NCBI GenBank assembly: GCA_034780895.1
Contig: JAUZTB010000062.1
Location: 14,021,478-14,085,477, forward strand
Length of the DNA stretch: 64,000 nucleotides
Reading direction: 5' to 3'
From: Rhynchobatus australiae
Lineage: Eukaryota
Part shown: one piece after another, positions 50,986-64,000 of the stretch
Layout of the letters: each line of letters starts with the position of its first letter
How positions within the stretch are numbered: the first letter of the stretch is position 1
Notes under the pieces: model-generated
What the model was told of the DNA's origin: nothing
The model's input: the letters and a program-made list of their open reading frames with translations, nothing else
The model's database searches: none
Made by a program: the position numbers and the translations under genes

Positions 50986-51804
50986 AGATGGCTGCAATGT
51001 GGAACTCATTGTCTGAGGGGTGGTAAGCCCAGATACTCTCAGAACATTTGAAAAGTATTTCAGTCATATTGCATGGCCTGTCAGTCAATATTTGTGAAAT
51101 TGCTGAGTGATCGTGAGCAGTCTTCACAGTCCTGTGACGAATTTAGTCAAAAGGCAGTCAATGACAATGTGAACAACAAAAACAAACTATTGGAGGAACT
51201 CAGCAGATCAAGCAGCATCTGTGGAGGCAAAGGGATGGTTGACATTTTGGGTTGAGAACCTACATTAAGTCTGAGAGTATAAAGAGGAGATAGCCAGGAT
51301 AAAGTATTAAAGTCTCTAAAGTTATCTGCCTCTGATATGGGGAAAAGTTTCCTTCAGTCTATACCTCTCATATTTTTATAGATTTCAGTTATGCCCCCTC
51401 TTAACCTCCTCTGCTCCAAGGAGAAAAGACCTAATTTCTCCAGTTTCTCTTCATTTATCCATTTGAAATTGAAAAAGTAAAATACTGCAGCTGATGGAAA
51501 TCAGACCAGGTTTGGTACTTGGATTAATACAGAAAATGCTTCAAATGCTCAGCAGGTATAGCTGCATCTGTAGAGAGGGAGGGAAAAAGAACTAATTTTT
51601 CGGGTCCATGATCGTTCATCAGCCAACACTTCAATATTTATCACACAATAGTCATCCAAAACAATTAACTGGGTGTACCTTTCCAATTATTTTGGAGAAA
51701 TGTGTGACAAGCCACTCCATTAGTTAATACTATATTTGTGGTAGTTGTGACCCTTCATGTGAGATGGTAAACCAGGTTAGCCTCTTCACTCACATTTTGC
51801 TTGG

Positions 51805-52070
51805 GGTAAGGTTAAGGAGATGTACAGGGTAAGTTTTTTTTTTATACAGAGAACGGTAGGTGCCTGGAACTTGCTGCCAGCAGTGGTGGTGGAAGCAGAC
51901 ACTAGCATTAAAGAGGCATATAGGCAGGCTGGGAATGGAGGGATATGGATCAGGTACAGGCAGATAGGTTTAGTTTAATTTGGCATCATGGTCAGCACAG
52001 ATATTGTGGGTTGAAGGGCCTATTCCTGTGCTGTACATATTCTATGTACATTCTATGTGTATATTCCATG
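51805..52070 (+). mobile_element. CR1 3' end
   Basis: GAWNLLPAVVVEA peptide and tattctatg tail repeats. Confidence 0.75.
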
Positions 52071-53789
52071 TTAACCACATTGACTACTGGTCCCACTCTG
52101 ACAGAGCTTCATACACCATCCAACTCATTTGCCTGCATTAACTACTCAGGCTTCTAGGTCAATACATCTTTCTGCACTAATCACGCCTTCCTCTGGTCAA
52201 TGACACAAGCTGTATTATTATTTCAGTCAGGTTGTTCTCCATCTAACCACTTAGAGGTCCCTTATTATTTTCTTTTTCTATCCATGGGACTTTCATCCTC
52301 TCCCATTCTTTTTCACACTGGTTATTATAACAGGCTGTAATGTTTTCCATTTTAATGGTAACTTAACCAAAATGTTCACTTGCCCCACTGTGCAGGTACT
52401 GTGCCTGACTTAATGAGTGGTTCCAGAATTATCTGTTTCTATAAAATAAAATTAGATCAATTAGTTATTTACTTAAATGCCTTTTGGGGTCATGACTACA
52501 GTGACTACAATTCAGAAGTAATCCATTAACTGTACAGCAGCTTGGGGGAATCCATGGACATTCCAGACCTCTTATAATGAGATACCTTCATATTATTACT
52601 TAAGGATTTCAAATCTTTATTTCTTAAGGAACAAATCTTAGAAAATCCAGTCAGAAAGCATTATTATAAATTGCATTTTATTTCAAGNNNNNNNNNNNNN
52701 NNNNNNNNNNNNNNNNNNNNNNNNNNNNNNNNNNNNNNNNNNNNNNNNNNNNNNNNNNNNNNNNNNNNNNNNNNNNNNNNNNNNNNNNNNNNNNNNNNNN
52801 NNNNNNNNNNNNNNNNNNNNNNNNNNNNNNNNNNNNNNNNNNNNNNNNNNNNNNNNNNNNNNNNNNNNNNNNNNNNNNNNNNNNNNNNNNNNNNNNNNNN
52901 NNNNNNNNNNNNNNNNNNNNNNNNNNNNNNNNNNNNNNNNNNNNNNNNNNNNNNNNNNNNNNNNNNNNNNNNNNNNNNNNNNNTTATATAAAAATGAAAT
53001 ATTTATTTTGCATATGGAAATTCATACTCCACTTACCTATAGGTCTAAACAAAAGCAAATCTACACAGGAAAATCTGATAAAGAAACAGAAGTGGAAATG
53101 GGGGATGTTGTTTTAACACAGTATGTGGTTGAGGTCTGGGGAAGAGAAGGAACACAATACGGCAGCAGATCCCCAACTACTCAATTTCAATTGAAAGAAG
53201 CTAAGCAAGATCAATCTCCCCAACTAAAGGCATAGAAGGATACGGTCCTAATGCCGGCAAATGTGATTAGTGTAGATGGGTAATGGTCATCATGGATGTG
53301 GTAGGCCAAAGGGCCCATTTCAGTGCTGTGCAACTCTGTAACTCTATGACTCTAAAACCTAGTGTGGATAGACTAATCCTACCTCACTTCATTGCAGATC
53401 TCTTTGTTTTGTTCTTTGAGTGAGTTTCATATGCCAAAACAAGGGTTCAGAAACACTTTTCATGAAATTGTGTTGTCATACATACCTTTTCTGGATTTCT
53501 TTTTAAAATTCTGATTCTCCCCTTTTTGAAGCCATTGCATTTTGTTGCTGTTCAACTTTTTTTTACAAAATATCACATAAAGTAGGTAGCCAAGAATAAC
53601 AAAGGATATATATTCTACATAACGATATGAAGAATATGCAGGGCTAACTTGTCAGCAAACATAGAAGATGTGTATCAGATGAACATCATTGATTCTTTAA
53701 GTAATAAAGAATAAGCAGGACCTCAGCAATATTTTCTCTTCTCTCATTTTTGCTCACCACAGACTATTCCATTGTGGTAAGGTTCAAGT

Positions 53790-53903
53790 CTAGTTGTTGA
53801 TATCTTGAGTGCTGTTGGAAGAACTGTCTTGAAAATGAAAATTCCTTTGATGCTGAGAACGTGTAGATAGTTTTTTCACCAAGTACTGCTTATCCTTTCC
53901 TGC
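53790..53903 (-). CDS. TMC8: TMC8-like terminal coding exon ([12 protein letters not shown]...DINN*)
   Basis: cactag| acceptor, G.DK..L...L motif of TMC C-termini, TAG at 53792-53790. Confidence 0.82.
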   Translation of the reverse strand, partial: AGKDKQYLVKKLSTRSQHQRNFHFQDSSSNSTQDINN

Positions 53904-56900
53904 CTAGTGAAATGAGTGGTTCACAATTAATGAATATTTGAATTAATGAATATTTGAATTAACATTGAAAGTTTTGTCTCCTCCACTGTGTTCAAGCAAC
54001 TATTTTTTGCTCAGCAGGCCAGTTTTGCTGCCAGGCCTGCTGAGTTCCTCCAGTATCAGAGTGTTTTTCATCCAGATTCCAGCATCTGCAGTCCTTTGCT
54101 TTTTGCCAAAGACGTTCATAGTAAAATAAAACAAGATCACTTAATGCAGCAAGGCTGGCATTTAAGAGGCATCTCTGAACTGCTTCCAATACATTGACGG
54201 TCCTTTCTTAAATAAAGAGAGCAATACTATACACCGCACTCCAGATATGGTCTCAATAATGCATCATATGACAGGGGCACAACTTTTGCACTTACCAGCG
54301 CTAAATGCCATTTCAGCCGGGTAATAGTCCTTCTGTTAGCTCGAACCAAAGCAACACATGTTGTCAGCACTATACTGTTAACAAGAAAGAAATGGAGAAA
54401 TATGATTTTGTTGTTTGTGCATAATAAATATTATTATTATTCACACGTAATGTCCAAGAAAATTATTAGTTCTCAACAGATTTTTTGTATATTTGAGCAA
54501 AGGTTTTGAAGATTGGCATTTCAATATATTATTCAAATAATATCCATGAAGAAGAGGGCATTTGAGAGCATACAATCAATTCACTTCATGCTCATGGGAA
54601 ACATGAGAAGTATATTGCAATAGAGATATTCTTATCAGTTTCTATTTATATATATTTTTAAAAAGTAATAATTAGTTACATTTGTATTTTAAAGGATCCA
54701 TAATCTCATGAATAAATGGTTGTAGTAGACAATATTCACTAATTGATTTTAATTGCAGCCAACTTTATTTCAGAAAGATTGCACTAGCAATTCTCTATGA
54801 TAAGCAAATTACTGTACAATATACAGTGACACTGTTATCTGACCCAACAGGGATAGAAATAATTAGAATAAAAGAAAAACTAAATGGGGTTTGGTCATTC
54901 TTCATTTTACAATTGTTATGTTGCACGTACATCTGTTAATCTATACCTGGCTTATCCATGAGCAAAGCTACTAACAGTTACACCTAACTGAAAAAAGAAC
55001 ACTGCAACCAAAACTTAATTCTTAGTCATTGATTCATACAAGCACTACTCTGTAAGTTCATTGTTTCTTTGTGTCCAAACATTCACAACTAATATTGTGC
55101 AGTTTTCTTTTGCTAGCAATCTATAGGCCAATATAAATCATCTGGAGATATGAGTTTAAAGCCACTAAGGTGGCTGGGAAATCCAAATTCAATTACTGGA
55201 ATAAGTTAGGTAAACCCACAAACAGATCACCATAAAAACCTAATGTGCTTTAGGGAAGGGAATCTGTCATCCTTCCAGGTCTGTCCTATAGGTAATTTTA
55301 GATTCACAGGAATGGCTGAGATGGCACGGCAAAACGTTCAATTCAAAACCAGTTCAGGATGGCAATAACTGCAGCAAACACATATGCTAGGCAAGTAAAA
55401 CTAAAGTAAACAAGANNNNNNNNNNNNNNNNNNNNNNNNNNNNNNNNNNNNNNNNNNNNNNNNNNNNNNNNNNNNNNNNNNNNNNNNNNNNNNNNNNNNN
55501 NNNNNNNNNNNNNNNNNAATAAAGATTATTAAAGAATGCTTTGATTTTTCAGATTTTGAAACCAATTTATAGGAGAGAGAAAATTTTTATTCTCTACTGG
55601 TGGGAGAGTGTAAGTTATTCAAGAGGGAATTACAAAGCACACTTCAAAGCTAAGAACAGTATGAATCCAAAAGTAGATGCAAACTCAATTAATCATTTTA
55701 ATTCTGGGATCAGTAGCTACCTATTGCCCTAGGGTATTAAGAAAAAAGTCGGCAAAAGAAAATAATCCCCACAGTCAGTGTACAAGGTCTGAGATATTGA
55801 GAGATTGTCGAACAATGCATACCTTCCACTTGATTTTATATATCTGCAATTGGACTGATATCACAGAACTAAGATAGAACTTAATGTAGAGAAAGCAATA
55901 ATACCAACAAATTTAATTAAAGGATCTTATAAAATGGCTTGTAAGAGTTGCAAATTGCTTTGCTTGTTTAGCTTTAGAGAAATGGTTAAGTATTAAACTA
56001 CCACTTTTTTGTTTGATATATTCATCTCTGTTTGAATATATATTTAACCATAATTATTAATTCACTATTTAAGCTGGGATATCATTATTTAGTGTGATAA
56101 TTTTCTTAATTTTTAGAGGAATCAAGATTGTACAGTGGATGTCCTGTGTATATTTCTAGTATGCTTTTGGAAAAAAAATTACTCAGCAACCCAGCAGGCT
56201 GGCCCATTCAATCTGCATGTAAATTTTTGTAGATTATCCTTACATTTCCAGGCTGGGATCTGTTAGCTGTTTATCTAACTGAAGCAGTTACAAGCTGTTT
56301 TCCTATATAAACACAGCATATGTAAGACAATTTTTATGTAAATGCTGTAGAGATTGCATTCCAGTGATTAAATAGTACCTTATTATAATTGCACTGTACC
56401 ATCTGAAAGTAGGACAGTTACAAATCTCTCTTAGACCACTCATTATTCCATTTGACATTTAAAATGCCACACTATTAGCCTTGCTACCTTCTCCCAAGAC
56501 GGTGCCAGAGCATGGTGACTTGTTGCAACTTGCTCTCTATTCATAACTTCTATTATAATTGTTCTACTCTGTTAAATCTATATTCTATGTCTCTCAAAAT
56601 TACTAATCTCCCTGCATTGCACTTTGTCTGTAACTGTAACGCTTTATTCTGCATTTTATTATTGTCTACCTCATTGTACTACCTCAATGCACTGTGTAAT
56701 GATTGAATTGTATGAATGGCATGCAAGACAAGTTTTCACTGTAACTTGGTACATGTGACAATAATAAATAAATCAACCAATTTTTATGATAATCTCTTGC
56801 CACTCTTACCATAAAACAGTGATCAATATCAACAGAAAGGCTTCAGATTTAATGTAGATAAGAAATTTCTGTGCCTGTTGTGGAAGTCTTGTAACAACTT

Positions 56901-59900
56901 CTGGAATAATTCCCCAAGCTGATTCATAATATCGAAATGGACCACATGCCTTGGATGGATGAAGCCTAAGAAGAGAACATTTGGCATTCTCACTTGCATA
57001 ATCCTGCTCCAAGATTTGAACTAACATTATCAGTACAGATAATCCATGTGAAAACAGATGAAAATAGCATTAAACTCAATTAACCTTTCAACAGGCACAA
57101 TTAACCTTAAAAGGATGTGCAGAAAGGATAATNNNNNNNNNNNNNNNNNNNNNNNNNNNNNNNNNNNNNNNNNNNNNNNNNNNNNNNNNNNNNNNNNNNN
57201 NNNTACTGAGGCATTCTAGGAAGTGTCAGTTCGAATGTTCAATTCAATGACAAACCGTGAGTAGAAAACAAAATGCAAAGGGGGAGAGAACTTGAGATGT
57301 ATGAAATGTTCCTGCAGCATAAGAGGGGGCCGGATAGGATCCAAATAACTTATATTGAAAGTTGATGAACAAGATGATGATGCTCGGTCACATGTAAATG
57401 TTGGAGTTAACAGGAAAGATTATGTTAATGGTCCCATCATAAAGAAGAGTTTTACATTACTGCACAAATGATTTATCTTCTTATTCCACAATGAAGATAT
57501 GAAGGGGACATAAGGAGCATACAAAGGGGTACAGAGAGGTTAACTAAGTGGGAAAAGATCTGGTAAATGGCATATATTGTGGAAAATGTAAAACTATCCA
57601 TTTTGACAGGAACAATGCAAAAAGAGCCCATTATCTAAATGGTGAGAGAATGTAGAAACAAAGGGTTCCAGATGGCTTACAAAAGGCTACCATGAAAGTA
57701 CTCAAGTGATTAGGAAAGCTAGTTTATTGCTAGGAGAACTGAATACAAAATTGGGGAAGTTATGCTTCAGCTATTTACAGTAGGGCACTGGTGAAACCCG
57801 ATATGGAGTACTGTATGCAGTACTGATCTCCTTATCTCAGAAAAGTTGTTAAGATGTTGTAAGAAGGTTTACGAACTATTACATGGAAAAGGTGGATTGT
57901 CCCGTAAGAAAACGTTGGATAGCCCAGGCTTGTATCCACTGGATTTCAGAAGAGCTGAGAGGAGACAAGATTAAAACACACAATGTCCTGAGGGGACTTC
58001 ACAAGATGGATATGGAAATGAAAGTTCCTCTTGATGGAGAATCTAGAACTGTTTAAAAGAAAGCCTCATCTGTGTCTTATAAATTTTTTCTTTTCTTTCA
58101 GAGAGTCAGCAGTCTTTGGAATTCACTTGCTCAAAGGGCATCGGAAGCAGAGTTTTGAATATTTTTAAGGNNNNNNNNNNNNNNNNNNNNNNNNNNNNNN
58201 NNNNNNNNNNNNNNNNNNNNNNNNNNNNNNNNNNNNNNNNNNNNNNNNNNNNNNNNNNNNNNNNNNNNNNTTTTTAAGGCAGAGGTAGATAGATTCTAGA
58301 TAGGCAAGGGGCTTGAAAGGTCATAGTGGCCAGATGAGAATGTGGAGTTGAGGTTACAATCAGATCAGCTATCAGCTTATTCAATAGTGAGAAGCCAATG
58401 ATCTACTCCTGCTCCTAATGCATACATCTTTACATTTACATGTAAACTCCAGCATAGGATTCCATCCTTACCCTCCCTCCCTCATAGCCTTCTCCCTCAA
58501 ACAAAAACCAGAATTTTGTAGTCAGCAGCAGACGAACAGTACCTGCTATGGTAATGTTTGAATCAAATCATTTGGTAGTAAATTATATTTACTATCAAAA
58601 AATTCAATTATTCTTGATTGAACCATTCATTTTGTTCTGACTTGTTTAATGGTTAACCAGTGGGTTGGGTTGGTTTTGTTTCATTCATTTTTGGGAGATG
58701 GGCATCAATGGCCCATCCCTGATTTCCTTCGAGAAGGCACTGTTGAGCTACAGAGTTGCAGGGGATGAAATTCTAGGATTCAGACCCAGGAATGATGAAG
58801 GATGGTGTGCGACTTGAAGGGGAACCTACAAGTGATGTCCCATGCAGCTACTGCTTTTGTTAGTTTTGTTACCACTTCCCAAGGCAAGTAACTGCAGTGC
58901 ATTTTGTAAATGGCACATACTGTAGCCACTATCCACCACTGGTGGAAAGAGTGAATGTTTAGGATGGTTGATGGATTGCCAACCAACTAGGCTGCTTTGT
59001 CCTGGATGGTGTTGAGAATTGTTGATGCTGCGCTCATCTAGGCAAGTGGAGAGTGTTCTACCGAGCTCCTGATTTCAGCCTTGAAGATGTTGGAATGGTG
59101 TTGTAGTGTTAGGAGGTGAGTCAGTTCTCACAGGATACCCAACCTCTCAACTTAATGATGTTACAATGCCAAACCCGTTGGTGTGGACCCTACACCCTAG
59201 TCCATGGAGGTGTAGGGATCTCTAAATGCAATGTTGGTATTTTCAGGTTTAACCGTACACACATTAACTATGGAAATCGCTGACCAAGTCATCACAAAAT
59301 AATGTATCTCAGTATCAGAATCAGGTTTATTATTATTGACATATTTCATAAAATTTGTTGTTTTGTGGCATCTACCTCCTGATTACTATTAATACAAAAT
59401 CTAGTTGAGTAAAGGTGAACATGAGTTATCCTGCTGAGATTTATACTTACGTAAGTATATTACCAACAACTGGGACCAATGCTAAAGTCAATCCAAACAA
59501 CAGCGTCAACTGAAAGAAAATCTTAGAGCTGGATGCTCGAAACAACCTTCTCGTGGGACGACAGTAATAATACAGACTGTGCTGCAGATAAGATCATAGA
59601 AAAGAGAACATATTAAATTCAGGCAAGGGTTGTCACTTTACTGGATACGGTGAATTTGCTAAACCACACCAAGTGGATCTGTGTTTCTCCGTATTGAATA
59701 AACAGCTATTCTCAATTATTCAGCCCTCCGAAGATTGTCTGGTCATTATCACACTTCTTTTTCTACTGTGCTACAGTGATTAGATAATTAATTCGATATG
59801 GAGCTCTCCAGAGCATTGAAAAATTGGATGACTGCCATTTTACCACTGGTGCCTGGAAATAAATGATCTCAATGAGGAGCAGGCATGCTGCAAATAATAC

Positions 59901-62900
59901 CTGGGCAACGACTTTGAAAGTACAGAGATGGTGGGTCTTTGGGTGTAGCACAGTGAGGCTTTGAAACAATTATGTTTACATAATCATATCAACATTTTCC
60001 TGCCCATGACAAATGTAAACACTGAGATTATGAAGACAGTAAGTTGTGCTGTTTACTGAATTAAAAAGATGTAATTATTTATTCTGTCATTTGTAACCAA
60101 AGCATCAATGCTGTATTACCCCAAGTCCCAGTGGCTTTGGATAAAAAGTGTATGGGTCCAAAATGATATTCAGTTTTTCCGTTGAGTAGTGAGCCAAAGA
60201 AACACACTGCAGTAGTTATTGCTTGGTTTTCTCCTGCTATCATTTTCCTGAGATCTCCATATGAGTGGCCCAAGCACACCATTCCCATTTTTGTTTGGGT
60301 CCCAGATTAGAATCTGTTTCTTAGGGTCCTGATATGATTTTGAAATTGGACTTGAACTACCGATAGGGCTGAAAAGTAAAAACCATCTTACAGTTATGCA
60401 CAGCTTTTCTGCTAGATATTTGTTGGAAACAAGAAAGTTTTCATTCATTAGAACTACAAGAACATTAATTTCACATACAGAAGATTGCTTTGAGCTCCAA
60501 TGTATACAACTACTGGTGATTATCTTTAATTTAAAACCAACTTTTAGCTGTAGTGACGATGTTCTTTCATCTACCTTTTTCATGTAGAAAGTGACTATGC
60601 ATTTGATGGCATTGAGAAGCGGTAGCAATGGAGAATAAAACATTCCAATCCAGACGATAGTTTGTCCATTAACAATATTCAAAACATTTTCTGGAATGAT
60701 GAAGTGCGGCTTTTGCAATATCTTCGGTAACTCAAAGGTAACATGATCTGCCAGGAATCTAAACATTGAAAAAACACAGTGTAACTATATTCTCTTGCAG
60801 AAACACAATCCATTCATTTCTTGTCTGGGTAGGCAGGTAAAGGAATTCACATGCAAGATATTTAATGAAATGTAACTTACAAGGATATCTATTTGAACTG
60901 AATAGATTGTTAAACTGAATATGTTAAATTGTGGATAGGATGAGTTTTGAATACACCCAAAGCTATATCAGAAATTACTTTTAAAAGATGGATTCACCTA
61001 TCATTTCAAATTAGCATATCTTCCACAGGTGTTGCTTATCTCCTCTGTACTTAAACAAAATAACTCAGCATCAACCTGGTATTTATTATCACTTTATATC
61101 ATTTTGTGTTCATGGCCTTACATCTCAAACTTATAGATTGGTTATGTTGGTTGGGTTGTCACCCTTCTAAGGATTCATCCCAACCTTACAGTCTGCTTGT
61201 GTGTTAAACTGCTTTATACATTATGTACAATCGTTGAATGTTATAGCTTCTACAAACTTCTATAAATACAAATACTTTAACAAGATAATAGATTATTTCT
61301 GGTGAAATAATCTAGAAACTAAACACTAAACTAGTGACCTAGAAACTAAACACTAGAAATAATCTATTATCTTGTTAAAGTCCTCTTTTAATTCTAAAAC
61401 ATCTATCAAATCTCCCAATCTCAGTTTGACAGCATACGGTATTTTTTTTTCAAGATTGCTTACTTTCTTGGAAGTTCCACACAATACGTAACACCGATGG
61501 CAGCTAGAAAATCAAACAAGAACAGCTTGTACATTTCTTGCCCAATCTTCGTCTCCCAACACTGGAGGATCAAGCATAAATTATCTCAGTAAACCTGTAA
61601 AGAGCACTGCGAGATGAATGTCAGCTTGATGTTGAGAAATTGAACAGAAAGGATATCCTATCCTTAATTCATACCAATCATTCAAAAGCAAAGTATTTTT
61701 AATCACTCAGCTTCTGAACACTTTCCCTGGTATTGTTTTCAAACAACGGATCCAACAAGAGTTGGAACATTGCCTGGCAATTAAGCACAGCTTTAAGCAA
61801 CCAAAGTTTGGCCGGAATACAGCACATGAAATACTCAAACTGAATTCACAATTTTGGCCCTATCTATTGGCTCATCAAGAATAAATTCATTTGTATACTG
61901 GCATCCCATAATTCAGATTACTCCTTTAGAGATGTATCTATTCACAGGGCAATGCACAGAAATCTAAATTTGGTGGGCTGCTTTGAACAGACACATAGAA
62001 CTTGCATGTGTGTGAATGTGTCTGTCCTCAATGCATTCAGTGATTATTGGAGGGACAGTGATACTGTGAACTGGAAATGCAGTCAAAATAGACCAACAAC
62101 AAAATTGATTTATTTTATATCCTGATGCAGGATTTCGACCCAAAGCATTGACAATTCCTTTCCTCCCACAGATGTTGCTCGACCTGCTGAGTTTGTCCAG
62201 TAGATTGTTTGTTGTTTCAGATTGCATTGTGGTGTAGTCTCTTCTGTTTCTATTTGATATCCTTTGTGGTCATCATTTGTCACCCTTCTACTGTCTCATC
62301 CCCAATTTACAGCTTGGTTAGGACGATAATGGTCACGTCTCTAATTAAGTTGACTGGCTCTAAGATTTTTTAGTGCACAATCCAGAATGGTGCATCAGTG
62401 CAGAATGAAAGGAGCAGAATTATTGGAGATCATGTCTTTCAGGCAGGCCCTCCCAGTTCAGTGGGAGTAAAGCATCCAAAGAGATTATTTACGGAAAAAC
62501 TGGGAATTATCACAGTGTAATAGCCAAAAGCCCCGCCTTAAGGAATGCCACCAGGAAACAGATTAACCATTATTCACCTCTGTTGCTCGTGAGATAATTG
62601 GTTTGCATAACAAAAGTAACTACATTTCCAAAATGCATCATTGCTTGCAAAGCACTTTGGCGCTTCTTGGGGATGCGACATGGTGATATGCCATTGCAAG
62701 TTATGCCTTATACTCTCAGATCAGCTGTTATGACCTTCTGGTTTCCACCAAGTTCACTAAGAGTGATCCAGAGAGAACGTCAGGGCTGAGATTCTACTTT
62801 CTGTCCGTAACCTCACTAATCAGATCATAAGAGTAAAGTGAACTTACTCTCTGAGTGCATGATCAGACCTGTAACCCACCAGTGAGGTCTCTAATAACTC

Positions 62901-63047
62901 ATTATTAGTGCCTTCTCATTCACCTGGTAATGTATGTTGTAACCACAGATTTCACAATCCTTTTTACTTTTCCCATCAGAGCAGGTGAACTGCTGCCACA
63001 GAGAGAAAACCAACATGCTCAGGTTGGTCAGCCTTAAAAAGGTACAC
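53790..63047 (-). CDS. TMC8: Transmembrane channel-like protein, TMC8 (EVER2)-like, 3' seven coding exons; 5' part outside the window
   Basis: TMC signature [39 protein letters not shown] and VLT.CV...RAN.R.I.RL fit TMC8 better than TMC4/TMC7. All phases are consistent. Confidence 0.85.
53925..53962 (+). repeat. 16-bp tandem repeat (aattaatgaatatttg) x2.4, just upstream of the TMC8 last-exon acceptor
   Basis: Direct reading. Confidence 0.85.
54296..54374 (-). CDS. TMC8: TMC8-like exon ([26 protein letters not shown])
   Basis: 79 nt, phase 2-0, strong splice sites. Confidence 0.88.
56810..56965 (-). CDS. TMC8: TMC8-like exon ([10 protein letters not shown]...ITVLC)
   Basis: 156 nt, phase 2-2, PS..CGPF motif. 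Confidence 0.9.
57420..58420 (+). mobile_element. Degenerate CR1 3' portion
   Basis: Collinear similarity to the other CR1 copies, ending ctactcctgctcctaat. Confidence 0.75.
58680..59150 (-). mobile_element. Degenerate LINE 3' region related to 8440-9095
   Basis: Reverse-complement similarity ([19 protein letters not shown]). Confidence 0.7.
59451..59581 (-). CDS. TMC8: TMC8-like exon ([15 protein letters not shown]...GNILT)
   Basis: 131 nt, phase 0-2. Confidence 0.9.
60575..60758 (-). CDS. TMC8: TMC8-like exon (FLADHV...[21 protein letters not shown]...YMKK)
   Basis: 184 nt, phase 2-0. Confidence 0.92.
61274..61381. repeat. 27-bp perfect inverted repeat enclosing a 17-bp direct repeat
   Basis: actttaacaagataatagattatttct (61274-61300) is the reverse complement of 61355-61381. 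Confidence 0.92.
61464..61561 (-). CDS. TMC8: TMC8-like exon ([13 protein letters not shown]...ELPRK)
   Basis: 98 nt, phase 0-2, start of the TMC domain. Confidence 0.92.
62924..63047 (-). CDS. TMC8: TMC8-like exon (CTFLRLTNL...CGYNIHYQ)
   Basis: 124 nt, phase 2-0. Confidence 0.88.
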
Positions 63048-63129
63048 CTAAATGGAAAAAGAATGAGAAACTTAAACATGTCAGAAGTCATCAATCGCTT
63101 TATGGATGGCCATTTATTTGTTTCTCTTT

Positions 63130-64000
63130 TCAAGGAGAGGAGCCGACATTATGGGAAAGTATTTAATTGGGGGAGGGCAAATTACAATGGTGTTAGGCAG
63201 GAACTTGGGACCATTAGTTGGGAACAGATATTCTCTGGTAAATGCACCACAGAAATGTGGAGAATGTTTAGGGACCACTTATATGGGATGCTAGATTGGC
63301 TTGTGCTGCTGAGACAAGGAAAGGATGGTAGAGTGAAGGAACCGTGGTTAACAAGAGACACAGAAGGTTTAGTCAAGAGGAAGATGGAAACATTTTAAGG
63401 TTTAGAAAGCAAAAATCAGACAGGGCCCTTGAGAGTTATAAGGTAGCCAAGAAAGAGCTTAAGGAGGGGCTTAGGAGAGCTAGAAAAGGACATGGGAAGG
63501 CCTTGGCAAGTAGGGTTAAGGAAAACCCTAAGGCGTTTTACACGTATGTGAGGAAAAAGAGGATGACGAGGGTAAGGGTAGGACTGCTCAGGGATAAGGG
63601 GGGAAAAAATGTGTCTGGAGGCGAAGGAGGTAGGGGTGGCCCTGAATTAATATTTTTCTTCAGTGTTCACCAGGGAGAGAGATTTAGATGAACGTAAGGT
63701 TAGTGTAGAACAGGTAAATGTGTTGGGGCATGTCGAGGTTAAGAAAGAAGCAGTGTTGGAGCTACTAAAAGGCATTAGGATAGATAAATTCCTGGCATCG
63801 GATAGGATATCTCCCAAGTACAATGGGAAGCAAGGGAAAAGAATTGCCGGAGCGTTAACAATGAACTTTGAGTCTTCCCTGGCCACAGCAGTGGTACCAG
63901 AGGATGAGACGATGTCAAACGTTATTCCATTGTTCAAGAAAGGTAAAAGGGATCATCTTGGGAATTATAGACCAGTGAGTCTTAGGTCAGTGGTGGGCAA
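63130..64000 (+). mobile_element. CR1-type LINE ORF2 fragment (linker leading into RT), frameshifted, in a TMC8 intron
   Basis: FNWGRANY..EL..ISWE, EPWLTR, LASRVKENPKAFYTYV and GNYRPVSL motifs. Confidence 0.9.

Larger units (their letters stand above)
49680..51100 (+). mobile_element. CR1 3' region fragmented by a nested SINE and Penelope-like pieces
   Basis: CR1 segments 49680-49860, 50166-50365, 50690-50810 and 50985-51100; Penelope-like PFPQFL.LRRICS..EAF on minus at 50480-50590. Confidence 0.7.

Noticed and set aside
53037-53073. Small segment with acceptor- and donor-like sites downstream of the TMC8 stop
   Set aside because: It lies after the stop codon and has no coding support.

Overview
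This is eukaryotic (vertebrate) genomic DNA with many assembly gaps. The repeat content (CR1 LINEs, V-SINEs, Deu-type SINEs, Penelope-type ends) points to a cartilaginous fish, by inference. I reconstructed two multi-exon genes on the minus strand from splice signals, exon phases and recognisable peptides. (1) The 3' half of a TMC-family gene, best matching TMC8/EVER2: 7 exons, 63047 down to the stop at 53790. (2) About 8 kb downstream, the 5' part of an RNF213 (mysterin)-like giant E3 ligase/AAA+ ATPase, probably the beta-type paralogue: 24 exons or exon fragments from a putative ATG at 45933 to 350, continuing beyond the window. Most interesting: a tandem triplication (plus older copies) of a frame-preserving two-exon cassette that expands the RNF213 disordered N-terminus to about 780 aa with five basic patches; a middle exon that looks chimeric; a composite ISRE+GAS element just upstream of the first coding exon; a 27-bp perfect intronic inverted repeat in TMC8; and an inverted duplication of a transposon junction. 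I see no prokaryotic-type system (CRISPR, operon, defence island). Gene names come from remembered homology, not database searches.
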